DNA from: Yuukianura sp. NJ FZ-2021
Taxonomy: Eukaryota
Direction: 5' to 3'
DNA length: 64,000 bases
NCBI GenBank assembly: GCA_046563655.1
Contig: CM102284.1
Span: 2,418,001-2,482,000 of the forward strand
Within the stretch, counting starts at the first letter, position 1. Each line of letters begins with the position of its first letter. A program made the position numbers and the translations under genes. Positions 13,170 to 27,804 of this stretch are shown piece after piece. The notes below the pieces were generated by a model that worked only from the letters and a program-made list of their open reading frames with translations, had not been told where the DNA came from and did not search any database.

Positions 13170-14028
13170 AAGTATTCAAACTAACGATGGCAGCTATAGG
13201 TTAGGTTTTCACAAAAGAGTCAGTTTCTGGCTATTGCATGTTATTAAGACTAAATCCATGACCAAGTTTATTAAATAGCGAAAGCTACTTTATGCATCGA
13301 CATTGTCTGTCTGTCTGGGCGACCGTCTGTCAATTATCTCTAGAACGGCTCAACATTTCCGGCATCTGTCTTACAAATGTTATTCATCTCATCGACATCA
13401 ACAACAGTTATGTATGTATATAATGTGACCCTAAGTGACCTCTTGCCGTGTCAAACTTTTATTTTTTTGCCGTTCATAACTATGGTACATTACCGCTCCC
13501 AATGTTGTGCTGGTATTTAAGCCTATCGCAAATTCAGCTTGCAGTTCAGTTGTATCTTTCGTTACTTTTTTACACCGGTTTGCAAAAAAAATTAGGGTGA
13601 GATCTTTTAGATTTTTTTTTTATACGAAATCAATTGAACCGAACAATTTTGGTGACGAGACTATTAATCTTTTCATTTTTTTTTGACAATTGCAAATGTC
13701 AATCAAAAATAATGCATATCATGGGACTTATTTTTTCTGACGATAGTTTTTTGTCAATTTCTTTGTTGAATATTCAATGCAGTAGTGTACTGAATATGGA
13801 GTGTCCAGGCTGTCCTCTGGACACACCCATGGACACATCAAGGTCTCCCAAGAATTGGGACAATTCAAATATGCAAATGAGTTAATCTTCGATTGTTCTA
13901 GCATGATCGTCATATTTTTGCATTTTGTCTCCAGAGGTATAAAAGTCTTTCAGAATTTGATCTTCAACTTAAACTTAACCCAGTTTTAAAAGCTTCAACT
14001 GCAGTCGCAACTCGCAATCCTAGCAAAA

Positions 14029-14968
14029 ATGAAGGGAGTCTTGATTCTACTGATGGCTTGCTTGGCCAGTGGCGCTGTTTTCGACCACTGTCCATACACC
14101 ATGGACAACATCCCCGAGACCGTCAAAATCACCGATGTAAAGCTAACATAAATTTTGAAAAAATTCAAAAATCAAAATTTCACTTGAACTTTTTGTTGTT
14201 GTCTAGGTGATGGGTGGTTGGTACCACATTCGTAAGGGACCAGTCCCAGAAGAGGTCGCGAAGATTGGAAGCTTCGACTGCATTCGGTCAGTCCTCTGGA
14301 GAGAGTACAAGGGACCTGAAAATACGTTTTCATACCTCCACTAGTAAGTATTTCTGGTTTCCATTTTCACATAACTATCGTTCCTGCAATTTCAAAAATT
14401 TCTATAAAATTTCTATTTTGAATTTCAGCGTTCGAAAGGATATGGACAAGCATATTGCCAAATCGATTACGTTTGACCTGGAAAAGAAAGATGAGTTGCA
14501 TGTCAACAACTTTGTCGTTTCGAAGACCATTCACTTGGAAGAGGGAGGAGAAGATGTCACGAGTAAGTTGATGGAATTCTTTAGAAAAAATGTTTTTCAA
14601 CAGTCTTTTTAAAAAGAAATTCATTTTAATGAAAATATTTTCAAGATTCAAAACCTAAACTTAAATGTTTTTCTAGTTGATGTTCAAGAGAAGTTGGTTG
14701 AAACTGACGAAGGAAAGAAATGGAGTTTGTGGGCAGCTTGTATCACCAAAGAAGGCAACTCCACGCTTGTCTGGTCAATTAAAAGCCGTTGCCCAGCGAT
14801 GGATGCCAAGGTTTGAAAAGAAAATTTGTATTTTTTTTTTTGAATTTCCCTCATTTTAACCGATTTTTTCTAAAGTTGGAGCAAACGTTGGTGGAGAAGG
14901 TCGAGAAGTACGGCGGAGTCGGACCATCTCAACTCCGCGGAATCGGACAGACTGATTGCACCTACTAA
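14029..14968 (+). CDS. Lipocalin (ApoD/insecticyanin-like), 5 exons
   Basis: Spliced protein: signal MKGVLILLMACLASG, HCP, VMGGWY (SCR1 GxW), FDCIRS, LVETD (SCR2), WAAC, VWSIKSR (SCR3), C-terminal GQTDCTY*. All splice phases are consistent. Confidence 0.8.
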
Positions 14969-17397
14969 ATGCGCTATGAGTACCCTTACGAACCCTTTAA
15001 ACACCAAATTGTTAAATTCAATATTCGGAATTTGTTGGGAAATAAATTTGCAAGCTCTTTAGCATTTGCGCACAGCGCAGTGTATATTTGAATTTTTCAT
15101 CTCTTAAAGTGTGTTTTTGTAGACTCCAAGAAAAATGCGACAGTTAATTTTCTTAGCAGGCGAAATGGTCAAAATAATTTGATCAAAATCAAAAGTGAAA
15201 AGTTCAAATAGAAAAAATGTCAACCGTTACAAATAGTATTTTAGTTTTGGTTAGGCAAGTTTTTCTTATGTTTGCCTTACTTTTTGACCTTCTCCATTTT
15301 TGACCAAATTGTTTTTGGCCATATTACATTATGTTTTTTTTACTGTAGACTCTTTTTGTACCTAGTACATCCTGGGTGGAAAAAGTTTCAAATATTTTTA
15401 TGAAACATAAAATTTTATTTTTGGGTAACACCTCTTTGAACAATCAAAGTTGTTAACTTAATTGTTGATTAACAATATTAGATTAGATAAATCCGGTTAG
15501 ATTATGGTGCAATGTCGCAAGAAATGCAGAAACGTTGCGGTTTTGTCGGCTTAGGGTGGGAGTAGATGTGGGGGAGGGGGGTTTAAGGGGTCCCATGCCC
15601 TTTCACTGACTTTTGTAGAATAGAAAACTGGTTCTTTTCCTTTTCCTTGAGTGACCCACTCTCCTCGTCAGTTGACTAAAGGAGCTCAAGGGAACAGCAA
15701 CTCAAGGGGTCAAGTGGATCTGCCCACAGGAAAAGTATAACTTCATAAATTGGGTCACTTTGAAGCATACACAACAGTTTGGCTGTAGATTCCTGGCTGT
15801 TTGGAGATCAATTGACAACATGACGCAGATGAGCCCTACTCCTACCACATATCGCACCAGTTTGGAGAGGATTCTGGAGGTCATTGATGTGTGGAACTGG
15901 AGACAGGTCATCTGGAAGTATCTCAGGCCTTTCGTAGATGGAATTGTTCAGATGTCTCAGATGTGCATGATGGATCAGCACAAACTTATGGAAGACGACG
16001 AAGAAACGGAAAAGACAAACTGAACATGAACAAGCGGATCAAAAAGAAGAAAGTTTCTAAGAAATCAAAACATCACAACGAAGAAGTTTGCAATCAATTA
16101 CAAATCTCAACTCAGGAACCGATAGTTCCCACGGACTCAAACTGGTTAAAAGTCAATTGTGTAAGATTTACTAAAAGTTTAAGATACTTCTTAGCATATT
16201 GATCGACTTTTTAACGCAATTTCGTTCAATTTCGAATAAAAAGACGAATTTTTTTTTTATTTATTTCAATCTCCTCATTCCGAATCTACAAACTCATTGA
16301 GCTGATCTGCAATGACATTTTTATTAACTTCCAAATGCTAAAATTCAACCTAATTTTTTTTGTCTATTTTGAAAATCAATTTCGGGCAAGTTTGACGTGT
16401 CAGGCAATAATGCAAACGCAAAGACAAACGGAAGAAATACTACACAATAATTGTGTATTCGGGATATCTCAATGCTATGTTCCACCAGGGCATTTTTTTT
16501 TATATTTTGGACGAAAAAACGCTCAAAGTTCAAAATCATACAAACTAATATTGGGAGGCTCTTTGTTTATTACGCTTCTGCGCATTACGCTCTTCTGCAT
16601 GAACATGTGAACTAAGCATCAATTCCAGAAGTGGTTACAACTATGACATTGTCCTCTGAGGCTACCTTTTTCAAGTCATCTGCATGCTGGATGACTTTAC
16701 GAGTATTTCCAATTCAACACGTTTCACTTTTCTCTGGAAAAGCGGTCATAACTACTATCAACGCGTGGATTCAACTGGAGAAGATCAACACAGGTATATT
16801 TTAATTCAAGTACTTTTTCACAAAAGTTAAATGTAACAATTTATGCGTTTTTTTCCTTTTTTTTTTTTTACAGAAACGGAAATGCAGTTTGAAGAAATTA
16901 TTAGCAGCCTTAATGCAATTTTGCTGAGGAAGTTAAGTTAAGTCGCAGTAGAAAACAGCCTCACACAAAAGCTAGTCGAAGATTTAGTCTAACTGTATAA
17001 AATTTGGGTTTATCCTTGTCGATTAAGGTGATTTTAGTATCAAAGTGTAAGTGGTTTACTTTACATGTCACGCTGACCCTAAATCAAAGGTCACTTCACA
17101 CCCTGTTGTTCTCAACGGAACTTTGCTGTGCTTTAGTTCAGTTCGAATTCCACGTAAAAATATTTAATCTCATCTGACATTGGGATGTTAATCTCCACTT
17201 CAAAAAAATTGCAAAATTTGCCACACAATAAATTATCGTAATCTATTAATTGATATCAAAGTAGTTTTTTCAGAAGCAAATTCAAAGGAAGGAACACACT
17301 ATTCCATTAGATTGGATTTTGCGCACGGTGGCCCTGGCAGTGCAGATTCCTTTTTGATTAATTAACTTTAATTAATTAAAAATCGGATTCTACCAAA

Positions 17398-20144
17398 ATG
17401 CACAAGTTTGCATGTCCCGGGATTCTAGTTGGCGTGGGAGTGGTGGTAGCTCTCCTTGGAGTAATCGTGGGGTTTGTAGTCGCGCCATGGTACATCAACG
17501 TTTCAATTGATGAGGTAACAGGTCAAAAGTCATTTTTTAATATTTCGAAATTTTCAAAAATTTTACTTTTTGGAATTGTAGACGCAACAACTTCGGAATG
17601 GATCAAGTTCTTACGATGATTGGCAAATCAATCCAGTTCCAGTTTACCTCAAATTCTACCTTTGGAATGTAACTAATCCTGATGCACTCATCGTTCCACG
17701 GGAAAAACCAATGTTGCAGGAATGCGGACCATACGTTTTCAGGTAAGGTTTGTTAGGCTACTCATGTTAGGCTAACCTAATTAGGTTAGACATGTTTGGA
17801 TAATTGACGTCAAAACAAATTCAGCTAACAGAAAATGATCTATATGATTTTCAGAAAAAATTTCCAGGTATTTGCAGTAGAAATTAGAATTTTAAACACC
17901 AAAATGCTTGCGATATTTTATTTTCTTTGATGAAAAAATTAAGTTTTCTGTTCCAGAGAAATTCGTGAGAAGCATGTGAGCAAAATTGACGAACAAAATG
18001 GAACGATCACATACAGGCAAACTATAACGTACTTTTACGAAGAATCTTTGTCCATCACTGCTGATGGAAAACAACTGAGCCTCAAGGACAAAGTGAACGT
18101 CGTCAACCTTCCCTATGTTGTAAGTTTTCCAAATCGGTATTAAAAAAATTCTAGATTCAAAAGATTTGTTGCAACCTTGGGATTTGCGTTGGTCATACTT
18201 GAATGGCGTCCAATTTGTGTTAAAATTGAAAATATTCTAGGCCATCTCTACCACAATTGCGTCCATGAACATCGAACCACTGGACGAGATACTGGCTTTT
18301 TTGTATAGTGTGGACTCCTTTGTCAAGAAAGACGTTGAGGTTGACGAAGTGCTTTTCAAAGGCTGGACGCATCCGCCAATCTACAGTCTCCTCCTACTAC
18401 TAGCAGGAGAAAAACCGGCCGAGTTCCAAGACGGCAGATTCGGTTACTATCTTGGGGTATTTAATCAACCGTATCGAAAATCGTCTTGTTTGGAAATTCT
18501 GAAGAATTCCAAATTTTCAAATTTTGAATTTTCAATTGTTGATTATGAATTTAGAAAAATGGATCCTCCGACGGCGAGTACATGATCAGTTCTGGAACCA
18601 ATGACATCTCAACACTTGGAGAAATTTTGACCTGGGAAGGCAAACCAGATTTGTCATGGTGGTCCAATCCAACTGACGAATCAGTACAAGACAAAGTCGG
18701 AGATCCAAAATACTGCAACCAAATCAACGGAACTGATGGCGCTGTAATCCAACCTTACAATGCTACAAATCAAGTCTATTTGAAGCAAAACCTGACTTTA
18801 AATTGTTTTTTTTTTAAAGATTTTCCCGCCATACTTGACCCCAGAAACAAAGTTGCCAATTTTCTCAACTGACCTGTGTAGGTCAGTGATCTTGGATTAT
18901 ATGGGAGATGAGGACTTCAGAGGCATCAAGGGATACAGATACGCTGCTGGAGAGGCGTTCTACGAACATCCCAATATTAACCATGACAACTACTGCTTCT
19001 GTCCAACCCCACCAGATCCAGAACTGGACGGCGAATGCGCAAGAGGCGCCATTCGGCTTTTCACTTGCGAAGGTCAGTTTAAAAAATTATGGTTTCGGTA
19101 AGGTTTCACGAACGCCATTGTAGCCATGCACACAATGTATCCACTATGCTGTTAGAATGTGTATCAAGGTTCATTGACACCCGAATTGTATTTCCTACGA
19201 CAGGTTGTCCAATAACTCAAAAATCTTTTTTCAAGCAATTCCCCCCCCCCCCATTTCCCCACAATTTTGTTTATAACCCCAATTTTTTTTCAAACTAAAT
19301 CCCTTTATTTAAAAAAAATTGGACAAAAGCAAAAGTTGCAATAGAAATGGAGGAGAAGTTGAACCGGCAAAATATATGAACATTTTGGCAAAAAATTAAA
19401 AAACCCGAGTTATTGCACAACCTGATATGTTTATCCCTGATGTGTTGAACCTTGATGTCTCCAAAATTCGGACGAAGTTTTGTGTTTTCAGTTTCTGGAG
19501 GTTGTTGATGATACTTGAGGAAAAAATGTTGACTGTTGTGTTTTCTAATCCACTAAATCATTTTAGGTGCTCCACTTGTAACTACTGCGCCACACTTTTT
19601 CAATGCTGACCAAAGATTTATCGACGCTGTTGGAGGAATGCAGCCTGACAGAGAAGCTCATGAAACGTATCTCGTACTTCAACCAGTGAGTTATAGAATC
19701 TTTTTTCAAATTGTTTTTCCTAAGGTAAATATTACACATTTTCTCAAATTTAGAATGCCGGAATACCTCTCAAAGTTCGGAAACGAATTCAAATGAGTCT
19801 GGAAATTCAAAATTTCAACAATTCCTATCTTCCCCGATGGAACGATTTTGAATACTTTTTGTTTCCCGCTCTTTGGGCCAGTGAGGTAAATTCAAAAAAC
19901 AGAATTCTGAAAAAAAAAAACGAATTTAAAATTTTTTGATTCTTTATAATTTGCTTTTAATTTTCGTTTTTAGGATATGGAACTGGACGATGCTTTGACA
20001 GACTATGTATACGGAGAACTGATCACTCCAATGACAATCCTCGACTACGGCAAATGGGTTATCATTGGTATTGGCGGAGTCGTTTTACTCATCGGCATTG
20101 TTATGTTCGTCATGAGAAGAAGAACCACCACTGAAACTGTTTAA
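17398..20144 (+). CDS. CD36/scavenger receptor class B family protein
   Basis: N-terminal TM, KFYLWNVTNP, P.LQECGPYVFRE, CNQINGTDG, IFSTDLCRSV, GIKGYRY, NYCFCP, APHFFNAD, PDREAHET.L.LEP, and a C-terminal TM. Confidence 0.93.
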
Positions 20145-20415
20145 ATTTTCGCTGAACAATAATAAAATCTTGTACAAAAACGGAGCATGCGCAGTAGATT
20201 TAAAGCAAAAGTTTATTTTCTACCTTAGTTAGAGAACAATGGGTAATTCAGAGTTTGTTCCAAGAATATCTTTCTTGCTTTCCAAGTCAACCAGAAAACA
20301 AAGACTTGGAAAAAGTAATTGGGAGCAGAAAGTGATCACTTTCAACGTATACAATCATTTATTGGAACGTTTGTTTGGAGGTGTGAAACTTGTCACTGTT
20401 GAAGCCACTTGGAAT

Positions 20416-22874
20416 ATGGACATCCGACTTTTAGTCGTTCTTGGAATATTTAACTTCCTCTCGCCAACGCAGTCAGCCTACAACATTTCAGGTAAAATTT
20501 TATTTATATTTTGCAAAAATTCTTAAATATTCAACTCAAATTGATTGAATACTGCATAATTTTTATTCCAGAATTGACAATGGAACTTGACAACGATGGT
20601 GAAGATTCGCACAGTTTGGATCCAGATGAAATCCAAGATTTGATGAGCCTTGACCTTGACATTTCCTCTCCCACCACCACAAGTACATCGCTTATTTCAA
20701 TAATTGCGTCACTCGAGGGAAAAGAAGAAGCTCCGCCCCCAAATGATTCCCCGCCAATCCCCGCTTCCCAATCTCCACCAATCACGATCTACGAATCCCC
20801 ACAAATTGAACAACCCAATGTGAACACAACAGCTACTGAGCTTGTTGTTGACGAAACATTAGAAACTGAGGCTGAAAATGTAATGGTTCAGGAAACCACC
20901 GAGGAATCGAATCCGCCACCCCGATATCCAAGTCCGCTTAAGGAACCACCAGTACTGGACCCAATTCCACCACAATTTTACTCCAGTCGACGCTACAACT
21001 TATTCCTCCCTCATGGAACAATGTATAAACAAAATTTTGTGCTGGACGCACCACCTCCCGCGAAACTGCCACCGATTCAAACACTATTGCCGAAAGGTAG
21101 AGATACGTTTTTCCCGCTTTTATTGCCGTACAAGCATGGTCACGTGTATCGTCCACTACAAACTTATGGGATTCTGCGCAGTGTGCCACAGAGACTACTA
21201 GATCCTGTTCAGCAGAGTTTGAATTCGTCGCGGGATTTTATGTCCAGGTTTCGTCGGTTTCAAGCAAACGAGAACTTTTTCGAAAAAAGTTACCAACCGC
21301 AACAAAATTATGTCCAGAATCCGTACTCTATGAGCCCTCCGATGCCTTATCGTCCAGGGCCATATGAGCCTTGGACTCCAAACAATTATTTCTCAAATGA
21401 CATGCGCAGACCATACAACTACCAGAATCCATACAACCTTTACTCTCCGCCTGCCCAGTTTGGTCCATTTTTGCCAGTGGACAAAATGAGCCAATTTAGT
21501 AACTATCCAACTCCAAATCAGAATTATGACCAGTATCCACCCAGTTTCTACAACAGGAAAGACGGTCACATTTTTGTGTTTCCCATGGGGTTCAGCGGTG
21601 GCTCTCTCAACACCTACAGAGGTCAAATTCCAGCCAGTGCTTCCAGAATGTCTGTTCCAGCCACTGGATCCCGAATGCCGAGCTACAGTGACAACGTAAG
21701 GCCTCACTCCTACTACGCTACACCTTTGAACCAACCACTGATCCCTTTTCATGCTCGACAAGGTACTGGGCAAGGCTGGTCCACCACGCCGGGTGCCCAA
21801 GGACTCTCAAATCCGCATGGACTCTGGGGGCCTGGTAGAGTTGACGCGCCGACGCAGGAATTCCGATCACAAGGGACTGGGACTCGACCTTGGCCTGGTC
21901 CAGCTCCTCGCCAGACGACGAACCCTTGGGAAACGTACAGGCAAATTGAGAGGGTTCCGCCCACGGCATACTACGGAAAAGACTGGAGAAAAGCAACCAA
22001 TCCTGGAGCAGGAGAAGCAACCAATCAGAGAACGGGAGGAGCAGCACTCGGAGGTGAAGCTGGACGATCTATTGGTCAAAGTGGACCAGCTTCTGTCTCA
22101 TATCAACCAATCAATGCAGGACCAAGTGCCGGAGGACATGGAGTCGTCACTGGAGTTAGAAAAGTCAACCCGTTCACCTACTTTGTCGGAAATGAAAGGT
22201 CAAAGGTCACCGGTGAATATGACAACGCAGTTCCCAGGAGTGGACCAACTCCAACGTCTACTGTCACAATCCCAGGGTCCAAACTCCCAGTATGACGTCA
22301 ATTCTAAACAACTAACATTATTTTAAAAAAAATCAAGATAGTTTCAAAAAATTTTGAGCAAGGTTTTTTGCTAATGAAAATTTTGACCGTTGCTTAGGAA
22401 CAAGCACCCAATACTGAGAGTGGCCAAACGACAGAAGTTCCTGTTCTGCCGTCGTCTGGGGGATCAGTGCCGTTTTATTCACAGTCAGCGATCGACGGCC
22501 ACTACCGAAGGATGTCTAACCACAATGAAACAACTAGCGATTTGGAATTTGAAGACGATTCTCACCTACTGCAATGGTACATACAGCGAGGTCAACAAGT
22601 TCTACGATCGCGCAATCGCCAAAATCCCACCCACGAAAGCACCAACAACCACCCACCGCCCACTTCCACCCCCGCCCCTCTTCCCCGTAGACGACGCTCA
22701 ATTGAACAACCAAGCAAATCTACCATATCAAACGAATTTCCAGGAGCAGGAGCTGCCACAAATCCGGATCATGCTGAAACCAATGACTTTTGGTCAGAGT
22801 CAACCAAGGTCAACCGGAGGTCAGCAGACTTCGGCTTCTCTGGGTCAGCCATATTACCGAACAGATTACTCTAG
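20416..22874 (+). CDS. Large secreted Cys-free Pro/Tyr/Gln/Gly-rich protein (~756 aa; exons 20416-20491, 20572-22289, 22398-22874)
   Basis: Signal peptide MDIRLLVVLGIFNFLSPTQS, a 1.7-kb open exon, in-phase splice sites, and AATAAA at ~22927. No domain recognised. Confidence 0.7.
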
Positions 22875-23273
22875 TGATTAGCTTAACTATTACTTCTTAA
22901 GTAGACCTTAATCTCTACTACGCGTAAATAAATGCAGTTGACAGATTAAACAGTTTTAATATCTAATTTACAGTTGATTAAAATGTTCCTGCCGAAGAAA
23001 AGACTTGCTTATTTTCCTTGGTCCGAGCAATTAAAATCGGCGTTATGCTTTTTGGCCAACCGCATGAAATCATAGAAAAGTTGCGGTTTTTGTTCAGTTT
23101 AGGTTTTAGTGTTAAACATATTTAGCTCATGTCATCACTAGTTTCTCACAAGTGAAGCAGATATCTTTTGTGTAAACTCGTTGAACTACTTTTTAGACGT
23201 CTGGTGGACTGAATTTAATTAGGATTTTAACCAAGGAATGAAGAACTGCTGCTGTGACCTTTGACCTTGAAAA

Positions 23274-25590
23274 ATGAAGGTGACGGCGGATTTGGAGTTG
23301 GGAAAGTTCAGCAAGGCACATTGGATTTTTCTGTGGTCCTTTGGATTTTCTAGTTTTCTTCAAGCCCTAGTCATTACCATTGAAGATCCCACCTACCAGA
23401 GTCTGTACGGGGTAAGTTTTTTAAAAAAAATGAAGAACTTTTTTTCAAAATCTTGTAAATAAAGTTGTTGGACAAAATGTGCTTGTTTTAAAACTAGCCG
23501 AATGGAACGGATCTCAAGAAAGCAAGTTATGACTTCAACGCCTCTGCAGTAAGATTTGAAAATAAACTTGTCCAATATACCTAAGTCGCTGATTCTGTTT
23601 TCGACTCTTTTTTTTCCAAAAATTATTTGAATTTTGATTTTGTTTTTTAACTTATTTAGATTGGTCCAGTGTCAGTTGACCAAAAGACTGGCTCCGTTCC
23701 TCTCATTGCGACGGACAGTTTTGAAAAATCTGGAGATTTTTCCGCAACATTCTTCGGTTTGCTTTTGCTCTATTATCATCTCCTCAGTTTTGTTCTCACG
23801 CCGCTGATTGGTGGATTTGTAAGTTTCTGAATTATGACCTTGAGACCAATTCATGTCCAAGGTCATGTTAATTAGAAAAATCTAAATTTTGTGTTTGGTT
23901 TTGATTTTTAGGTGGAGGATATTGGTCTCAAGCAGGTTTACATGTTCGGCATCTATGTCGCTGGACTCACTCCATTCCTTTCCGCGTAACAAATTAATAC
24001 AAGAAAAAGTCCAAAATTTTTACAGAACTTTCAAATTTTAATTGAAACATGCTTTATTCTGAATTTTTGTTAGGATTTTGGATGTATTGAGGGATCAACC
24101 GACTTATGTTTTGTATTCGTTCGTGATTCGGGGAGTTCAGGCTTTTGGGGCAGTGGGAATGCAAGTAGCTTTGTACATGATGATCACCATCATTTTCCCT
24201 GTTCAAGTCGCTTCTGTTTTCGTAAAAATTCAAATAAATATTTTGTTTCTGAAATTTTGTGATTTTTTTAAAATTATTTTCAAATTTCCTAGGCTGTCAA
24301 TCAAGCCATGTCAATTCTTGGAACGATCATGGGTGGACCGATAGCTCTATTCATTGCCACTGTACGTACTTGATTTATATACTCAAATTTAAATAAGAAG
24401 CTTAACATTTTTTTTGAATGTCTACAGATTGGTGGCTTTGCATATCGCTCCAGGACTTTCTGGACGCTGGGTGGAATCTACGTATGTTTTGCTGTGACGC
24501 TGGAAGCGATTTTGCCAGACCTCCCTCCTAGAGAGCCAGTTCCGACAACTTGGTGTCAACTCATCAGACGCTACATTCACTTCATCACCATTCCGCCCAT
24601 CCTCCTCTACGCAGTCTCACTCGTCGTCACGGGCATCGGAGCTGCATTTCTGCAGGGTTTAATGACCATCCACATCAAAAATGTAAGAAAACAAACTAAA
24701 AAATCGTTTCAAGGAATTCAAATTTCGAAAAAACTCAAATTCGACGTTTTTTCCTGGCAGTATGACGTTGGTGTATTTTGGGAAGCGATGATTCCGCTAC
24801 TTCCAGCTCTTCTTCAACTGCTTTCTCCTCTATGGGGATTCTTACTGGACAGACTCAAGTATGCTTGGGCCATTGCCCTCATGGGAACATCCATTGTCAC
24901 CATGGCGATGCTCCTCGTAGGCCCCGCCCCTTTCTTCCCGCTCGAGGAGTAAGCTCTAACATAACATAAACCAACAAAACGCTAACAATTTTCCCAAAGT
25001 TACGAAACTTGGAACGTGCATTGCGAAGTTTTTGAATTTGGTGTCATAGGAACCTTGGATCAATGTGCACTGGGTTGGTGGTGTTCGGCCTTGGTCAAGG
25101 AGCACTCATCGTCAGTTCATATGTGCTGATCATGCAGGAATCAATGTAAGTTGATTGGCAAAACACTGAAGACCTAACCTTACCTCGTATTTGAAATTTA
25201 CTTACACTAACTAATCTCTGTCCAGTGAACATGAACTACCCAAAGATTCCGTTACCATAACAATAGTGTCAACAATTTTCGTTGGAGCCATGTCAGCTGG
25301 CGGTGCTGTGGGGTCAATCACTGCCCCCATCGTCCTCTCCCGCCATGGATTCAGACAGGCCACTCTAATTCCGCTACTTCTATACTCACTTCTTGTAAGC
25401 AAGGCGCCAAATTCAAAATCATCTACGAAATTATAACTTTTAACGAGCATAATCACTTTAATCTTGAAATTTACAGATCCCGCTATTTGTGGTTAACATC
25501 TTTCTGAATCCACAACTACCAACCACAATTGAACAAATTGATGAAGATACACAAACCATGGATGAAACGACACCACTCAACACGAGATAA
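23274..25590 (+). CDS. MFS transporter, SLC18B1-like
   Basis: Many hydrophobic exons. Motifs VEDIGLKQVYMFG, SFVIRGVQAFG, PLWGFLLDRL, LLVGPAPFFP, and a C-terminal dileucine-like DETTPL. Confidence 0.8.
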
Positions 25591-26155
25591 TAACTGTGAT
25601 TTCCAAATCTTGCGGTTTGGAAATCAAAACCATTGCTATAATCTGGAAAAATCTACACCATCTGAACGGAATGGAAATGGAGAACAGAGATTTTGTTATT
25701 TTTAAGATCGAAAAACTTTTAACGAGTTACAATGACAAGAGGAGTTTGTAGTTTAATTGTCAGTCAGCAATGCTACTCTAAAAGCCAAAAGCTACCAACC
25801 ACAACACCTTACTGCATAACTCTATGTTACAATCATGGATTTTAAAAGTTGAACTTTACAAACAGTTGAGAAACAACTGGGTCAACATAAATAAAAGAGC
25901 TAACTACTCAATTAACAAGTGAAAAGTTTGAATGAAAGCAGCCACTATTTTTAGTAAACACTGAATTATATACATCAACAATAAAAAAACAGTCAAAAAT
26001 GGAAGAACCTCTACAGTAATAGGTTAATGGTAGGGGTTGAATTATGAATCTCAATCTCAGTTGAAACTAATACAGCAGTTGGGATAAAAACGTATCTCTT
26101 CTAAGAATCTAAAAACGAAAGAGGTCAAAGGTCAAACCTTCCTGTACATCTTCTA

Positions 26156-27804
26156 CTAAATGTCAACTTCTCCAGCTCCAGCGCCTCCTGCGGGGGAATC
26201 CATGTCCCTCTTTTCCAAAAAAGTATCTTGCAAAAATCCAGCCGTGAAGGCTAACAATCGAGTGAGAGCGGTGTATTTGTTTTCGCGTTTTAGCATTTTC
26301 AGCTCCTCACGAATGTGCAGCATCTATAAAAAACGATTTGAAAGCGAACAATTCGTTTGAGCATCTGCTTAGCTTAATTATTATTAAACTTACGTCTCTG
26401 TTGCTGTAGCTGGTTCGAATGTGATTCAACACGAGTTCCTTTATGTCTTCCTCATCCGCCAATACATTCTCGCCATCCTCTGTCGTCTCATCTCGGCAGT
26501 ACTGAATGCAAAACAAACGTTTAAAGGCGGGAATCTCAAAAATTACAGCAACGTTGGATTGATTTTCGTTGAGTATTTACCAAAGACCGATTTCGACTAG
26601 AGCTACATGTAACCACTTCTGATTGATCGGCATCTTCGTCCTTGCCATTTCCTGCTGCAACACTACCAGCTGATCTTCCCGAGTAAACTGACGATCCTTG
26701 ACGGTTGTGATTGTAGAGGTCACCTACCCCATGCTGGTAGTGGCCCGAGCCGTAACGACCGAACTGATTCGACGGCCCAGTAGCATTGACATATGCAGCC
26801 TGAGACATGCCAGAATGGTGTGCATATCCACTTGACCCCATGCTCTGTGACCCTCCTTGTTCCGTTGGCGTAGAAAGAATAACCGATGGAAACATTGCTG
26901 ACGGAGACAAAGTGCTGTTGGACTTCTCATCATGGCTGTACGACCCTTCACCACCGTCTTCTTCTTCCATATCGTCGTTGAAACTGCTGCGATCCCTCTT
27001 GTGATTCACCGCTCCTCCCTGCATAGCAGCCTCTCTACGAAGTTTGACTAAAAAGTTGGATAACTTTGTCTGCGGCACTTCCTCCATGCCTTTTTTCTGG
27101 AGAATGAATTGAATTCGTCTTGGTTTATTGACTCCGTTGTCAAACAGTTCCCGAATTAAACTCTCCACTTCCGGAAGAAGCCCACGCGTTTTTACTTTCT
27201 CTGCGTGGTGGTGAAGCGGTTGATTTCGGAAAAGAACTACGCGTGGTAGTTGACTGTGATACAGCAAATGAATTTGAACTGGACAACTGGCCCCCTCACG
27301 ACAACTCCAGTAGACTTTGAAGCCCTCACGCGACGTAAACTTGTTTCCAACTTTCCAGCGGCAGTTTTCAAAGTTCTTGATTCCTTCCTCTGCCTCGCTG
27401 GGAGTATTGAAGATGGCTACCTGGTTCCAGTCTTGGTAAACTCTCTTTCGCGGTGTTCCTCTGTTCAATTCCTGGCGGCGTAAATATTCCGCAGCAGCAC
27501 TGATGGGAGCCGGCGAGGAGCCAGGAGATGACTGGCAAGGAGATCGACCCATAAAGTGACTCTGGTCCACCAGTGGTTGATTGTTGTCAAAGTGGTCATA
27601 GGCGGCTTGAGCCCGAGAGGGTCCACGCCCACTGGACGAAGTGTCAATGTGCTTGACATCCATAGGAGTTGAAGGGGCGTGATCGTGAATCCGATGATGG
27701 TAACTGCTCGGTCCGTGGTGCTGTGACCTTTGAGAATCTCCCTGGAAAATTGGTTTCTGGTCTTCTGGAACTGAGGGTTGATGCATGTGTCCAGTGTAGT
27801 CCAT
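26156..27804 (-). CDS. Nuclear protein with a WRKY/FLYWCH-like zinc finger plus helical module (Mutator-transposase-type DNA-binding domain), 3 coding exons
   Basis: RWKVGNK...KVYWSCREGASCPVQ...LHHH followed by GLLPEVESLIRELFDNGVNKPRRIQFIL...LSNFLVKLRR. Phase-0 introns join to YCRDE... and MLHIREELK...DI*. NLS-like PRKR. Confidence 0.7.

Noticed and set aside
15702-16202. Short overlapping ORFs between the lipocalin and CD36 genes
   Set aside because: No recognisable motif or consistent exon chain; could be a decayed gene or element.
21751-22326. 191-aa overlapping ORF rich in E/L/Q
   Set aside because: Shifted-frame shadow of Gly/Ala-rich codons of the main exon; no independent start or splice support.
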